Assembly: GCA_951406725.2 (NCBI GenBank)
Contig: OX597824.1
Coordinates: forward strand, 74,214,001-74,278,000
DNA length: 64,000 bases
Direction of reading: 5' to 3'
Source: Octopus vulgaris
Lineage: Eukaryota
Under the pieces are notes generated by a model. The model had not been told where the DNA came from and ran no database searches. It saw only the letters and a list, made by a program, of their open reading frames with translations. A program made the translations under genes and the position numbers. Positions within the stretch are counted from its first letter, which is position 1; each line of letters starts with the position of its first letter. This document shows, piece after piece, positions 26,692-40,058 of the stretch.

Positions 26692-26912
26692 CCCTTTCGT
26701 TACTGTATTTATTTTGAGATGCTCTGTGTTTCTTTCAATTACTATAAATATAACAAAGAATTTAGTAAAATAACTTAATTATCATTCAGCTAGTGTTAGG
26801 AACATAAATTGTGACTAAGGTTTCTTGGAAGATTTTAATTCAAAACTTATGAAAATAAGACATTTGTACTGCAGATCCAGAGTCGGTTTCAGCTGGGTTG
26901 GTAACGAAAGGG
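26692..26912. mobile_element. piggyBac-type MITE family 1
   Basis: TTAA TSD, CCCTTTCGTTAC TIR. Confidence 0.88.
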
Positions 26913-27938
26913 TTAATGGGTTTTTTGATAAACAGATCCAGTGGTTGCATTTATAAACCAGGAATCATTGCAGTTTGGGTATTATAATTATGAAGTCTTT
27001 TTGTTCACTCAGTGATATGAGCTCTGAACTGATTTAGAGAAAATGAACTAGTGAAAATGGCTTGTTTAGTATCCCACTAGGATATCTTCTCCATACTTTC
27101 TGCCTCCAAATTTTCATTCCTTGTTCATCCATCCAATTTTAAGGATAAACATGACCAAAAATACATTAGGATAAATTTGTCTTTGGAAACATCTTTTTGT
27201 TGAAAAGGGAAGATGGTAATTTTTTACCATTTCACAAGCCTTCATGAGGCTTGTGAAATGGCACATGGCCTAGTAGTTAGAATGCTGCACTCACAATTGC
27301 CAGGTCATGGGTTTGATTCCTGGGCTGGGTGATATGTTGTGTTCTTGAGCAAAACATTTCACCTCATGCTGGTCTGGCACTGTGTGGGGACGGGCATGTC
27401 AAAAAAATAGACCCAATACTTCCTCTGCATATCATAAAAGGTGACTAAATAGGATTTGCACTGTGACCTCGTAAAACCCTCACAAGCAACAACTATCCAA
27501 ACACACCCTTAGGCTAGAAAGGTTGTTATGTGAGTGATGCAAAGGTGTTAAGAGTTGTGAATCACCAACAAATGGTGGATGCAGTGGTGTACTTTTACAG
27601 CACATGCTCTCATATTCCTACTAGCTCTATAAGTCAGAATGATGGTATAATACATTTTTAATGTCCAGTTGTTTTGTGATAGTTCTGGATCATTTAAAAA
27701 CTGACAGTTGACAGGGCATCAAAATTGAGAGGAATTTCATCCAGGTTTTCAATTTTGTGCCATTTCAAAATCTTTCTGCTTTCTCGTCTTTATGAAACTT
27801 GTGAAATTCCAATATTTTATCTTCACAAGCTTTGGACATTTTCTGGGAAATTCTAGTTCTTGTATGCAATTGTAAATTGTGTCTTTTCATAAATCTTTCA
27901 CATTCTTATGCTGTACCTTTAAAATCTGTTATTTTTAA

Positions 27939-28159
27939 CCCTTTCATTACCGTATTTATTTTGAGATGCTCTGTTTTTCTTTCAATTAATTTGAAATATA
28001 ACAAAGAATTAGTAAAATAACATCGTTATCATTAAGCTAGTGTTAGGAACATAAATTGTGACAAAGGTTTGATGGAAGTTTTTAATTCTAAACTTATGAA
28101 AACAAGACATTTGTACTACAGAGCCAGAGCCGGTTTCAGCCAGGTTGGTATTAAAAGGG
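27939..28159. mobile_element. piggyBac-type MITE family 1
   Basis: TTAA TSD, CCCTTT TIR, body matches the 10985 copy. Confidence 0.85.
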
Positions 28160-28589
28160 TTAAATCCTGTACAATTTTCTTTACTTCAAAAGTATTAATC
28201 ATCATTGTTGATAAAACACTCCCAGAATTTCTGTTGTCAATAGTCTAAGCATTTGCTTATTCTTCCAGTTTTGATCATTTAACAATTCCTCTTTTAAAAA
28301 TTGTATTTTGTTCATCCTAAAGTCTTGATACTTTCAGTAGATGATGGTCTAAAACTCCTAGTAGTAGTTCTATTGCTGTGTATTCTAGTGTATTCAGTAA
28401 CCAACGGCTTTATAACCAGCAGGATGTGTTAGTTGCTCCTGCCTGGATTCCATCTGAGTTTTTTATTTTGCAAAATAAGAATGAGGAAGTTGAATGCAAG
28501 AATGTGATGCAGGTAGAGCACTTACCTGTAAACCAGTAAAGGTGCCAAATTCTGCCATTATCTCTTTGCTGATTTTTAAATCAATAAGC

Positions 28590-29215
28590 AAATACTGGTA
28601 TATTCATTGTTGAAATGGATGGGAATATACAGGAAATAGAATAGAATTAACAGAATATTCAGGAATACCTTGTTACAAACTACAGTATCTAAAATAGACA
28701 TGCCTGCATGCACCAGACAGCTACTGTATCCCCTCTGAGCATCAAAAATAGACTCATCCACTTGTGCCAAGTGACGGCAGTATTTCCACCCATCCCATTT
28801 GAACATCTAGAATATATATATAAGGATGGCATAAGGACTACTATGAAGTCACTTGGAATGATTCCAGAAGATATAGAAACCCTTACTTTGGATTGAGTTG
28901 GATGGTGAACAAAGGTGTGGAGTAGAGTGAAAGCATTTGAAGAGGCCAAGATAATGCAAGTAAGACTCAAATGAGATCTAAGGAAGAATGTAACGATCAA
29001 GAAGACAAATGACAATGACCTTTTTGTGTGCACTGTCTGTGACAGACCTCACCTGTCTTTTGCTGGCCTCAAATCTCATCTGCAAACGCATGGAAAACGA
29101 ACCTCCACCAACTATTCTGCCTATATGTCTGTGCACACCTTTGAATGCAGTGTATGCCAGAAGGTCTGCAAATCCAATAAAGGCCTCAAAAGACATTTTA
29201 AGATCCACAAAGAGC
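28590..29215 (+). mobile_element. Decayed RTE-type LINE C-terminal fragment with two C2H2 zinc fingers
   Basis: YKDGIRTTMKSLGMIPEDIETLTLD*VGW*TKVWSRVKAFE then CTVCDRPHLSFAGLKSHLQTH and CSVCQKVCKSNKGLKRHFKIH; in-frame stops. Confidence 0.7.
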
Positions 29216-29504
29216 AGAACTTACAGTTCTTGGTGGTCCAAATTGGAGGTACAATCTATGTGGGTGTCTTTTCAGAACATTGTCTGGTTTAAAAAGCCAC
29301 ATCAGATACCATGATGGTGCTAAGATGCAGGTACAGGAGGTGGTCAAATTCTGCACAAGGAGTAAACAACCACATATATATATATATATATATATATATA
29401 GTAGAGTCCACAGTGATCCGTAGGTAGGAGAGGTGCAGCCAGAGGGTAAATGTCCGAAAGAGAATCCGTAAAGCACGAAAAACGGATGTTAAATGATGAT
29501 AATG

Positions 29505-29545
<41 letters not shown>

Positions 29546-31021
29546 TTCAGTTTGAGTTTCGCCCCTTAGTGTCAATGTTTTGCAACAGCAGGAAGGCAGC
29601 ATTTAAAATTCTCCATTATATAATCAGTAATGTCTTTCTGATTAACATAACATAATATTCTTGATGGTTTGAGTAAACACTGTTTTACCGTTTGAATTAA
29701 ATGAATTACAGTTATATCATTATACATTTAATTGTGTTTATCATAATGAAACAGCTGCTGAATACAATTAATGTATGAACTCTATATGCAATTTTATGCT
29801 TTTTATGCTAGATGTGCTGTTCTTAAAGATTGTTTTAGCTGATTATGTATATACATCCAAGTTGGTCCCACTTGGATTTATTGCAGTATAATAAAGTATT
29901 TGAGTTTAACAATATGTATTAATTGAGCTCTTCATATTGAGGATGTATTCTTTGAAGTTTATGCATCAATTTTCTATATGGATATATTGCATAAAACAGC
30001 TGTGGTTATCACTTAATGTGTTTATCACAAAACAGAAGTAAAACAAATTGAAACGAATCAAAACAATTATGCTGTGTACCCTTTCTATTGGTATAAACTT
30101 CACACGCACAACTCGGCTAATATTGAATTGAAAATTTAGAACTCTTTAAAAAAAATTTGTATAGCAGCTCTAATAAATCAATATTTCTTGGCCTACATCA
30201 AAATGTATATTTGTAAAGACTCTAATGAAGCCTGATGGCATGTTTGTTCAGAATCATTTTATATGACTTTATTAGCATATCGATATCCATATTTCGTGAT
30301 TGCTATTCTGTCTGTACCAAACTTCATTTACAAGGCATTAAGACAACAGACAGCTGCTTGACTCTCTTCATACAAACCTGCCTTAACCCTTTAACATTCA
30401 GCTTACTTCATCAAATATAATGCTTATTTATTCACATTCTTCATCATCATCGTTTAACATTCGCTTTCCATGCTAGCATGGGTTGCACGATTTAACTGAG
30501 GGCTGGCGAACCAGATGGCTGCACCAGGCTTCAATCTTGATCTGACAGAGTTTCTACTGCTGGATGCCCTTCCTAACACCAACCACTCCGAGAGTGTAGT
30601 GGGTGCTTTTTACGTGCCACCGGCACGGGGCCAGTCAAGCAGTATTGGCAATGACCTCGCTCGAATCTTTTACACATGCCACCGGCACAGGTGCCAATGA
30701 CGTGATGCTGGTAACGATCATTCTCGAATAGTGCCTTTTACATGCCACCGGCATGGAGGCCAGATAGCCGCTCTGGCAACAATCACACTGGTATGGTGCT
30801 CTTTGCACGCCGCTAGCACGGATGCCAGTCATCGATTTTGATTTTGATTTATTCACATTGTTTTGAATTAATCATGCATTATCTTGTAGCGTCATGATAT
30901 TGATGTTGAGACTGTATATTTTTAGAATGATATTGCTAAGATGTTGGATCTGGTCAATTTTAGCATAAAACACATAGAATATCGGGCTGGTTATGGCCAG
31001 TTTATATGCTAAAGAGTTAAC

Positions 31022-31410
31022 CGCCCCTAGTTTTGTGATACAGACTTCCTGTTTTAACCCTGTTGATACAAACCTGCCCAAGGTTGTCCCCTGTTCTGTG
31101 TTGCAAATTTCCTGTTTTAACCCTCTTGGTACTAACCTTGCCACTTGGTTCTATGATACAAGCTTTCTGTTTTAATACCAGCCCACCCAAAACAGCCCCT
31201 TGTGCTGTGATACAGACTTCCTGTTTTAACCCTGTTGATACAAACCTGCCCAAGGCTGCCCCCTGTTCTGTGTTGCAAATTTCCTGTTTTAACCCTCTTG
31301 GTACTAACCTTGCCATCTGGTTCTATGATACAAGCTGTCTGTTTTAATACTTTTAATACCAGCCCACCCAAAACAGCCCCTTGTGCTGTGATACAGAGTT
31401 CCTGTTTCAA
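31022..31410. repeat. Tandem repeat, about 172-bp unit x2.3, built from 50-60 bp subunits
   Basis: GTGATACAGA recurs at about 31036, 31208, 31388; CTGTTTTAA subrepeat. Confidence 0.9.
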
Positions 31411-31721
31411 AGTCATCTAAAAAACACCTTTCATCTAAATTTCATGTTAAGTTCTAATCATCAGATTAATAATCCTTTCTACCATAGGCACAAGGTCTTA
31501 AATTTTGAGGGAGGTGGCTAGTCAATTATATTAACCCCATTACATAACTGGTGCTTATTTCATCGACCCTGAAAGGATGAAAGACAAAGTAGACCTCGAA
31601 GGAATTTGAACTCAGAACATTGAAAGACAAACAAAATGCTGCTAAGCATATTGCCTGGCCTGCTAACAATTCTGCCAGATTGCTGCCTTAATTGCCAGAT
31701 TGATAATGACAATTATTTTTG

Positions 31722-31878
31722 AGTGGCTGTGTGGTAAGTAGCTTGCTTACCAACCACATGGTTCCGGGTTCAGTCCCACTGCGTGGCACCTTGGGCAAGT
31801 GTCTTCTACTATAGCCTCGGGCCGACCAAAGCCTAGTGAGTGGATTTGGTAGACAGAAACTGAAAGAAGCCCGTCGTA

Positions 31879-31927
<49 letters not shown>

Positions 31928-32160
31928 GATATGTATGTGTGTGTAAATGTTTGTATGTCTGTGTTTGTGCCCCCAACATCACTAGTCAACCGATGCTGGT
32001 GTGCTTACGTCCCCGTAACTTAGCGGTTCAGCAAACAAGGCCAATAGAATAGGTACTAGGCTTACAAAGAATAAGTCCTGGGGTCGATGTGCTCGACTAA
32101 AGGCGGTGCTCTAGCATGGCCACAGTCAAATGACTGAAACAAGTAAAAGAGTAAAAGAGT
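31722..32160 (+). mobile_element. SINE family A, well preserved
   Basis: Similar to 340-745; CpGs retained. Confidence 0.88.
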
Positions 32161-33734
32161 TATCTTTAAAATTAATTGAAACAAAAGCAGTGTATTTGGT
32201 CAGAAATATTGTAACGAAAAGGTTAAAGTAATCTAAATTACGCCTTTTTGTCAAAATTTTATGTTAACTGTTGTGTCTGGGGAGAGCCATGTATTATGTA
32301 ACACACTCACTATTGAAAATGTTGCAAGACGCAACGAAAATTTTAGGACAATAAAAATAAGGGAAAAAAGTGGAAATTTTACCGGTGAGTGTATTACATA
32401 ATAAGGCACAAAAAGAAAATGACCCTCCCCAGACACAACAGAATATGCTTCAACACACGAACTCATATAAAGAATCTTGCAAACCAAATCCAAAAAACAA
32501 AATATTTATGTTAACTTTTGTACCAAAAAGCGTATCAACAATGACTATTTTATTTTACTAATGTTAGTGTTATTTTAAAAATCGTTTCAGTAGAAATATG
32601 ATCACAAAATAGTTAAGATGTTATGCTGTTGAACAGAACATGAAATCACATGATTGCAAAACATACTATATCATCATCATCATAATGTACATGCTTATTG
32701 TTTATAGAGGCAGATTTTCTATGGTTAGATATGCATCTTGTTACCAAGCCACACCTGTTTCCAAGCAAGGTTAAATATCTCCCTAGCCAGACACATTTAC
32801 ATAAAGTACTGAAAGTGAATGGTAGTGCTTGTGTGACAGTGACATACATTGACGACTATTGTGCAAAGTCAAGACAAGGAAATACAAACATACACACAGT
32901 CACGTGCGTGTGTGTGTGTTTCTCTCTCTCCTTGTCATGATATCACATGACTGTTGTAAATGAATACCATCCATTTCCATTATTCTGCAAAAACTTGTCT
33001 GGCCATGAGGAAATATTATCTCGCTTGGGAACAAGTGAGTGTTGGTGACAAGAAGAGCATCCAGCTGTAGAAAATCCACCTGAAATCCATCTGAACCATG
33101 CAAGCATGGAAAAGTGGGCATTACAATAATGATGATAACACACACGCATGCATGCATGGGGACACACACACACACACACACACATACATTCTTTCAGTTT
33201 CTTATTTCTTTATTACCCACAAGGGGCTAAACATAGAGGGGACACACAAGGACAGACAAATGAATTAAGTCAATTACATCGACCCCGGTGCGTAACTGGT
33301 ACTTATTTAATCGACCCTGAAAGGATGAAAGGCAAAGTCGACCTCAGCGGAATTTGAACTCAGAACATATCGGCAGATGAAATACTGCTAAGCATTTCGC
33401 CCGGCGTGTTAACGTTTCTGTCTACCAAATGCATCCGGAAGGTTTGGGTCAACCTGAGGTGCAGTAGAAGAACAAATTACCCAGTGTTCCACACAATAGG
33501 GCTGAACCCAAAACCTCATGATACGGAACCAAACTTCTTAACCACACAGCTACTGACTGTGTGTATATATTCATTGTAAATAGGTTTGAAATATATTGAG
33601 AGAGGATTTTTATTTTTGTTTTTCTGCCATTGGTTCTACTGTGGAACTGAAATCTTCACTTCTTTTTGCTTCTTCTTATCTTATTTGTTGTATGACCCTT
33701 GCACTTCAATTATTATTATTTTTTTTTTTTTCAG

Positions 33735-33881
33735 AACCGCCCAGGAAAAACTTAAACAGAGATGATGTGGGCAACCAGGCGCGGTGTTTGTTGAACCAGT
33801 TCATCCATGACAGGATGGAAAATGAAGGCTTCGAAAATCCTCTGCAAGAGTCCAACCTCATCGAACCAGACACACCAACAG
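33735..33881 (+). CDS. BAX: BAX-like gene, first identifiable coding exon (N-terminal/alpha1 region); start exon not identified
   Basis: Poly-T tract + cag acceptor, ag|gtaagt donor; 147 nt, phase 1-1; (E)PPRKNLNRDDVGNQARCLLNQFIHDRMENEGFENPLQESNLIEPDTPT(G); in frame with the BH3 exon. Confidence 0.88.
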
Positions 33882-34227
33882 GTAAGTAACTATCTGTTCA
33901 GTCATAACTCAGCATTAACTTGCTTGTTGTACTTGCTCCTTGTTTCATGCTTTTTTTCTTTTGCAGCCACCCATCTATACAAGTGTAAACTGAATACGAG
34001 CTGCATTGATTTCATCACTCTGGGAAAGCTTACAAACATACACATATATAGTATTATTGGATTGCTACTTATCCCATGTTGTTTCTACAAACATTGATCA
34101 GACATCAACCGCATTTATCTTCTCAGGTTTCAGGAGCTTATTAAGCATGTGGCCACTGTTCCGCATTCCTTAATTAACTTAAGTATACTGCATGTTGATG
34201 TTAAGAATAAAGCACTCAAAACATTCT

Positions 34228-34645
34228 TATTTCTTTAGTGCCCACAAGGGGCCAAACATAGAGGGAACAAACAAGGACAGACAAAGGGATTAAGTCGATT
34301 ATATCGACTCCAGTGCATAACTGGTAATTAATTTATCGACCCCGAAAGGATGAAAGGCAAAGTCGACCTCGGCAGAATTTGAACTCAGAACATAGCAGCA
34401 GATGAAATACCTATTTCTTTACTACCCACAAGGGGCTAAACACAGAGGGGACAAATAAGGACAGACAAATGGATTAAGTCGATTATATCGACCTTAGTAC
34501 ATAACTGGTACTTATTTAATCAACCCCGAAAGAATGAAAGGCAAAGTCGACCTCGGCAGAATTTGAACTCAGAACATAGCAGCAGACGAAATAACGCTAG
34601 GCATTTCGCCCGGCATGCTAACGTTTCTGCCAGCTTGCCGCCTTA
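34228..34645 (-). mobile_element. SINE family B dimer in a BAX intron
   Basis: Head plus duplicated body; TCAAAACATTCT on both flanks. Confidence 0.85.
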
Positions 34646-35565
34646 ACATTCAAAACATTCTGTAGAGTGGTTGGCGTGATGAAGGGTAACAAACTGTAGA
34701 AGCCATTCCAAAGCAGTTACTGAAGCCTGGCACAATTATCTAGCTTGTCAGTCATTCTTAAACTGTCAAGCACATGTCAGCATGGAAAATGAATGTTGAG
34801 TGATGATGATATTAACCCTTTAGCATTCAAATTAATCTGTCGAATGTAAAACTTATTATTCACATTGTTTTGAACGGTTCGACTGGGGTCTGTGAAGCCA
34901 GGAGGCTGCACCAGGCTCCAATCTGATCTGGCAGTGTTTCTACAGCTGGATGCCCTTCCTAACGCCAACCACTCCGAGAGTGCAGTGGGTGCTTTTTACG
35001 TGCCACCGGCACAGGTGCCAGGCGAGGTTGGCAACGGCCACGATCTGTTGGTGCTTTTTACGTGCCACCGGCACGGAGGCCAGTCGAGGCAGTGCTGACA
35101 ACGGCCACGTTCAGATGGTTCTTTTACGTGCCATTCATTATTTTTAGAATGATGTTGCAGGGTAGGTGTGAGAGGACAGATCTGGTCAGATTGAACATAA
35201 AACATTTGGAACACTTGGGCCAGATATGGCCACATTAAATATTAAAGGGTTAGCAGTCATTAAGTTGCGACCATACTGGAATACCACCTTCATGGATTTT
35301 TATTTAGTGAATGTCTAAATTAATGCTTGACATAAAGGGAAGCAACTTGATATATCATTTTACACTGGTATACACACACATACACCCCAAGCTTCTGTAA
35401 AGGACCAAATTCCACATGTATGATATTTGTCAAACCTGGGGTACATCAGTGCTCCAGTGCTGTGTAGTAAGATCAAATGTGGAAACATGTAGTTGTAATA
35501 TGAATTTCCTAACCACATGATTAGACATCATCGTCATAATTTAATGTCTGCCATCCATGCTAGCA

Positions 35566-35585
35566 TATATCTATCTATCTATCTA

Positions 35586-35649
<64 letters not shown>

Positions 35650-35688
35650 CATAGATATATATATATATACATACATACATATACATAG

Positions 35689-35723
<35 letters not shown>

Positions 35724-35803
35724 CATACATACACATACATAGATAAATATATATATACACATACATATATATACACACACACACATACATACATATATAT
35801 ATA
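35566..35803. repeat. Compound microsatellite
   Basis: (CTAT)/(CT)/(AT)/(CATA)n. Confidence 0.95.
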
Positions 35804-35879
35804 AGGGGTAAAGACCCCCTTCGGTCATGAGTGACCATGGGTTTGCACCTATATATATATTCACATGCACACAGACACA

Positions 35880-36097
35880 CAAGAGGGTGTTGAAAAGTTC
35901 CTGGCTTTAAGGTATTGTGAAAGGCCTAGTTGGAGACCCAACCTTTCAAGTTTTTTTTACAAGGCTTAGAAAAACTGGTGGACTGCTGCAATAAGTGTGT
36001 GAATCTGAGAGGGGAATATGTTGAGTAAATTCATAATTAACAGATCCTCCTGTATTTTCTTTTACTCAAATCCAGGAACTTTTCAGCACCAGTTCAT
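35880..36097 (+). mobile_element. Internally deleted mariner element
   Basis: TIR GGTGTTGAAAAGTTCCTGG / CCAGGAACTTTTCAGCACC; internal LEKLVDCCNKCVNLRGEYVE* is a mariner transposase C-terminus. Confidence 0.8.
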
Positions 36098-37898
36098 GTG
36101 TATGCACACACGAACACACATGTATATACACATATATTTAGGTCATGAAGGCGGCAAGCTGGCAGAAATGTTAGCACGCCGGGCGAAATGCGTTGCCGTA
36201 TTTCGTCTGCCGTTACGTTCCGAGTTCAAATTCCACCGAGGTCGACTTTGCCTTTCATCCTTCCGGGGTCAATAAATTAAGTACCAGTTACGCACTGGGG
36301 TCGATGTAATCGACTTAATCCGTTTGTCTGTCCTTGTTTGTCTCCTCTGTGTTTAGCCCCTTGTGGGTAGTAAAGAAATATATATTTAGGTCATTGGTTT
36401 GCCATACTGCCTGGTTTAAATATGACACCACTTGAAGAAACAACATACGAACTGTACGGTCACCAACTCTTCCAGAACTTAGAATTTCCTGGTCGGAGTA
36501 CCAACCTGTACCTAGATAACATTCCGATTCCTCTACAAGTCATGCAGATATCATACAAAGATGATCTGATGACATAATACTTGGTCCCAAAACAGTACTG
36601 TGACACAACTACTTCAAACCTTATATCAGTCACTTAGAAACTACTATCACCTCCACCACCACCACCACCGTTGCTTGTTCCTTAGGTCAAGAGCTTCTCC
36701 AAACCATCTGATGTGGCATACCGGCAGTTTTTTTTTCCAGTATGCCAGGGACCAGTAATATTAATTTATACCAGAAACAATATATATAATGACTGTAATA
36801 AAAGTTGACAATTTTTTTATAACGTTTCTTTTCTAGAAACTTGCCATGTACTGGCGCTGGTCCTCAAACCACCACTTTGAGTGGCACTGCCTGAGGTGAC
36901 TTCGGAATCTATTATAAACTTACAGCCCCCTGCCCCTTTTCCCCTCCATTCCATGCTTATGCTGAAACCTGAGAAGATAAATGCGGTTGATGCTTGATCA
37001 ATGATTGTAGAAACAACATGGGATAAGTAACAATCCAATAATACTATATATGTGTATGTTTGTAAGCTTTCCCAGAGTGATGAAATCAATGCAGCTCATA
37101 TTCAGTTTACACTTGTATAGATGGGTGGCTGCATTAGTCTCACCAGTTGTAGAAGGTTTACAAATGTAGTGGGAGCCTGTACATGGTTGCTAGAACCAGC
37201 AATCAAATACTCCTTGAATCAAACTCCATAGTCTTAAACAAGGAAGGGCACATTAGATAATATAGACCTAAAAACCACTTAAAAGATGAGATGGCCATGG
37301 CCGGAATGCTTTTGATCATAAGTTTGCTCAGTTAAAGTTGGAGTAATCAGCAATGTATTAAAAAGTAAATTTATTAAATATTTTTCAATATATTGTGTAA
37401 TTAGTTAATCCAAACTTTTAAGTGGTTACTCATCTTGCTGGAAATTGCTGCCAATTCTCATTCAAATAACCCTAAGTGTACTGAAAAGGAAGAGAAAAAT
37501 TGGATAATGTAGTACTAGATGTATAGTGCTTGAAAGGAGATTAGGATTGTGGCATTTAATCATAGGTCTGCTCAGCCAGTGCTGACTCATGGCTAAAGAA
37601 TAAGGATAACAACATTAAGTGTCTACTACTTTATGGTTCTATCATTGCTACTTCATCAAGTTCACTAAAATCTATGCTTTTGCTGATGAGGTCTAATAAG
37701 ACCAAAACATGTCGAGAGTTGTCTCCCACACTTGCTGAAATGTTATTAACATATTAGTCATTGATCCAATGTTGACTTTTCATTACCACATTATTCCAAC
37801 ACATAGTCAGAACTTCCTTTAAGGTTTTTATCCATTGTTAGATAGCAGTGACCATTGCCCCGTTCTAACCAGTACAATGTGTTTGTATTTTGATCCAG

Positions 37899-37983
37899 GT
37901 CCACCGATGTCTCAGCTAGAAGAAATAGGACGTGCTCTACGGTGTATTGGTGATGAATTAGATGGAGACCAAAGACTGCAAGA
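37899..37983 (+). CDS. BAX: BAX-like exon, BH3 domain
   Basis: tgatccag acceptor, gtaagt donor; 85 nt, phase 1-2; PPMSQLEEIGRALRCIGDELDGDQRLQ; LRCIGDELD matches human BAX BH3 LKRIGDELD. Confidence 0.95.
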
Positions 37984-38717
37984 GTAAGTGACTCACTTCA
38001 GTAGTATTTGTCTGTTTGTCTCTATCTCTTTTTTTTTCTCTCTCTCTCTCACTCTCATATCTCATTTGCTCACTAGCTTACATCTCTCATCCTATATCTT
38101 CTAGGCTCTCTCTAGCTCTTTCTGTCTATCTGTCTGTCTCTCTCTCTTTGTCTAGTTCATTTCTCTGTCTCTCTGATTTTCACTTTCTCTCTAGCTGTCT
38201 TTTTGTTCTCTAGTTCTCTTTTTTGCTCTTTTGTCTTTATAGCTACCCTTTTTCTCTTTCTTCCTCTCTCCTTTAACTGTATCTCTCTTTACCTCTCTCT
38301 TCCTTCCTTCCTTTCTTTCTTTCTTTCCCGCTCTCTCTCTCTCTCTGGAGGACGTAAATAGTAATTAATTTCTAAATGTACATGAACGAACTAAGTACTG
38401 TATTGCACTCAGTTTTTTTTATTCAGTTCAACCATCAATAATAATGACATGCATTTTGAGTGAGGACACAATTACACTGACACAGGGTTTAATCTGACAT
38501 TTGCTTTATATCAACATCAGTGGGATATGAACTCATAATGCGAAGTACATGAAATACTGCAAAGCGTAGGTTTTCCTTCACTGTACTGATTCTACCAATA
38601 CACTAATACACTACCCTTTCAATACTAATGTGACTGATTGTTTCTAATCTTCACTCAAGGCCTAAAATTTGGGGAAAGGTGGAGGGTTGATTACATCAGC
38701 CCCACGTCCTGAAGGGT

Positions 38718-39130
38718 ACTCTTTTACTTACTTGTTTCAGTCATTTGACTGTGGCCATGCTGGAGCACCGCCTTTAGTCGAGCAAATCGACCCCAGGACT
38801 TATTCTTTGTAAGCCTAGTACTTATTCTATCGGTCTCTTTTGCTGAACCACTAAGTTATGGGGACGTAAACACACCAGTTGGTTGTCAAGTGATGTGGGG
38901 GGGGGGGGGCAAACACAGATACATAAACACACACACACATATATATATATATACACATACATACATATATACAATGAGCTTCTTTCAGTTTCCGTCTACC
39001 AAATCCACTCACAAGGCTTTGGTCGGCCTGAGGCTATAGAAGAAGACACTTGCCAAAGGTGCCACACAGTGGGAATGAACCCGGAACCATGTGGTTGGTA
39101 AGCAAGCTACTTACCACATAGCCACTCCTA
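38718..39130 (-). mobile_element. SINE family A
   Basis: Reverse complement of family A. Confidence 0.85.
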
Positions 39131-39349
39131 CACATCATCATCATCATCATCATCATCGTTTAACGTCCGTTTTCCGCGCTATACTTCATTTTATTAATAG
39201 GATGAAAAGCAAAGTTGACCTCAGTGGAATTTGAACTCAGAAAGCAGAGTCCAATGAAATGGCCACTAAGCATTTTGTCTGAACTGCAAACAATGCTGCC
39301 AGCTGCTTCCTGAATAATAATGATGATGATAACGACGATGACATCAACA

Positions 39350-40058
39350 ACAACAAGAGAACTCAGAGCACAAACCTGTGCCAAGGCAACACCAACGTCC
39401 TCTCAACAATTAGCTGAAGATGATTTTTAAAATGAGAATATCTGAAATAAACAGGGCTGCTCTCACAAAGAGAATACTAAAAATGAACCTAACTACTCTC
39501 AAACGGGAAAAATAATCCAAATATATATATATATATTGAGTGAGAGGTGAAGAGAGAGGAGGTGAAATACTAATACAGTGAAGGAGAAGTAGTGAGAGTA
39601 ATAGCCATGACTGAGAGAGAGTGAGAGGAAGACGAAATGAAGTGGCAAAGAGAGCATCATGAATGAGAAGGGAAGGGGTGATAGATGAATAACGAAGGAA
39701 GGAGTGAAAAAGCCGATAAACAGCGTTTGAAGTGTGTGTGTAAAAGAGAGGTATGTTTGTGTGCATATGTGTGTGTACAATGGAAATAGGATGGTAATGT
39801 TCAATGCTGAAAATGTGTGAGTGTATGTGTGTGCATATACAAGAGAATTATGTAAAACTTTACATATATATGTAAAGTAAAAAAAAATCGGAAAAATAAT
39901 CCAGAATCCTTGTCTGGTATTGGATCGATCACAAAATCTAATGAGACCATGCCAGTCACAAGGCCAAACATCCTTGAAAGTTTCATCCAAATCCATCCAG
40001 TGGTTCTTGAGATATCTTGTCCACTGACAAACAAACAAAGACAACTGAAAACAATACC
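39350..40058. mobile_element. Non-autonomous dispersed element (Helentron/DINE-like by inference) with internal low-complexity insert
   Basis: Both ends match 46537-46875 in inverted orientation. Confidence 0.6.

Larger units (their letters stand above)
26400..28400 (-). pseudogene. Decayed pogo/Tigger-type (Tc1-mariner) transposase; boundaries approximate
   Basis: Minus-strand fragments across about 26915-27225: GWMDEQGMKIWRQKVWRRYPSGILNKP, QFRAHITE, MIPG, MQPLDLFIKKP, matching DDE_1 pogo motifs; frameshifted; interrupted by two MITEs and a SINE. Confidence 0.75.

Noticed and set aside
29026-29292. Stand-alone C2H2 zinc-finger gene
   Set aside because: Contiguous with a stop-containing RTE LINE C-terminus; no TGEKP linker and no clear exon boundaries
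37705-37724. AAACATGTCG-AGAGTTGTCT as an intronic p53 site
   Set aside because: Second half lacks the core C, and the sequence is explained by the decayed hammerhead
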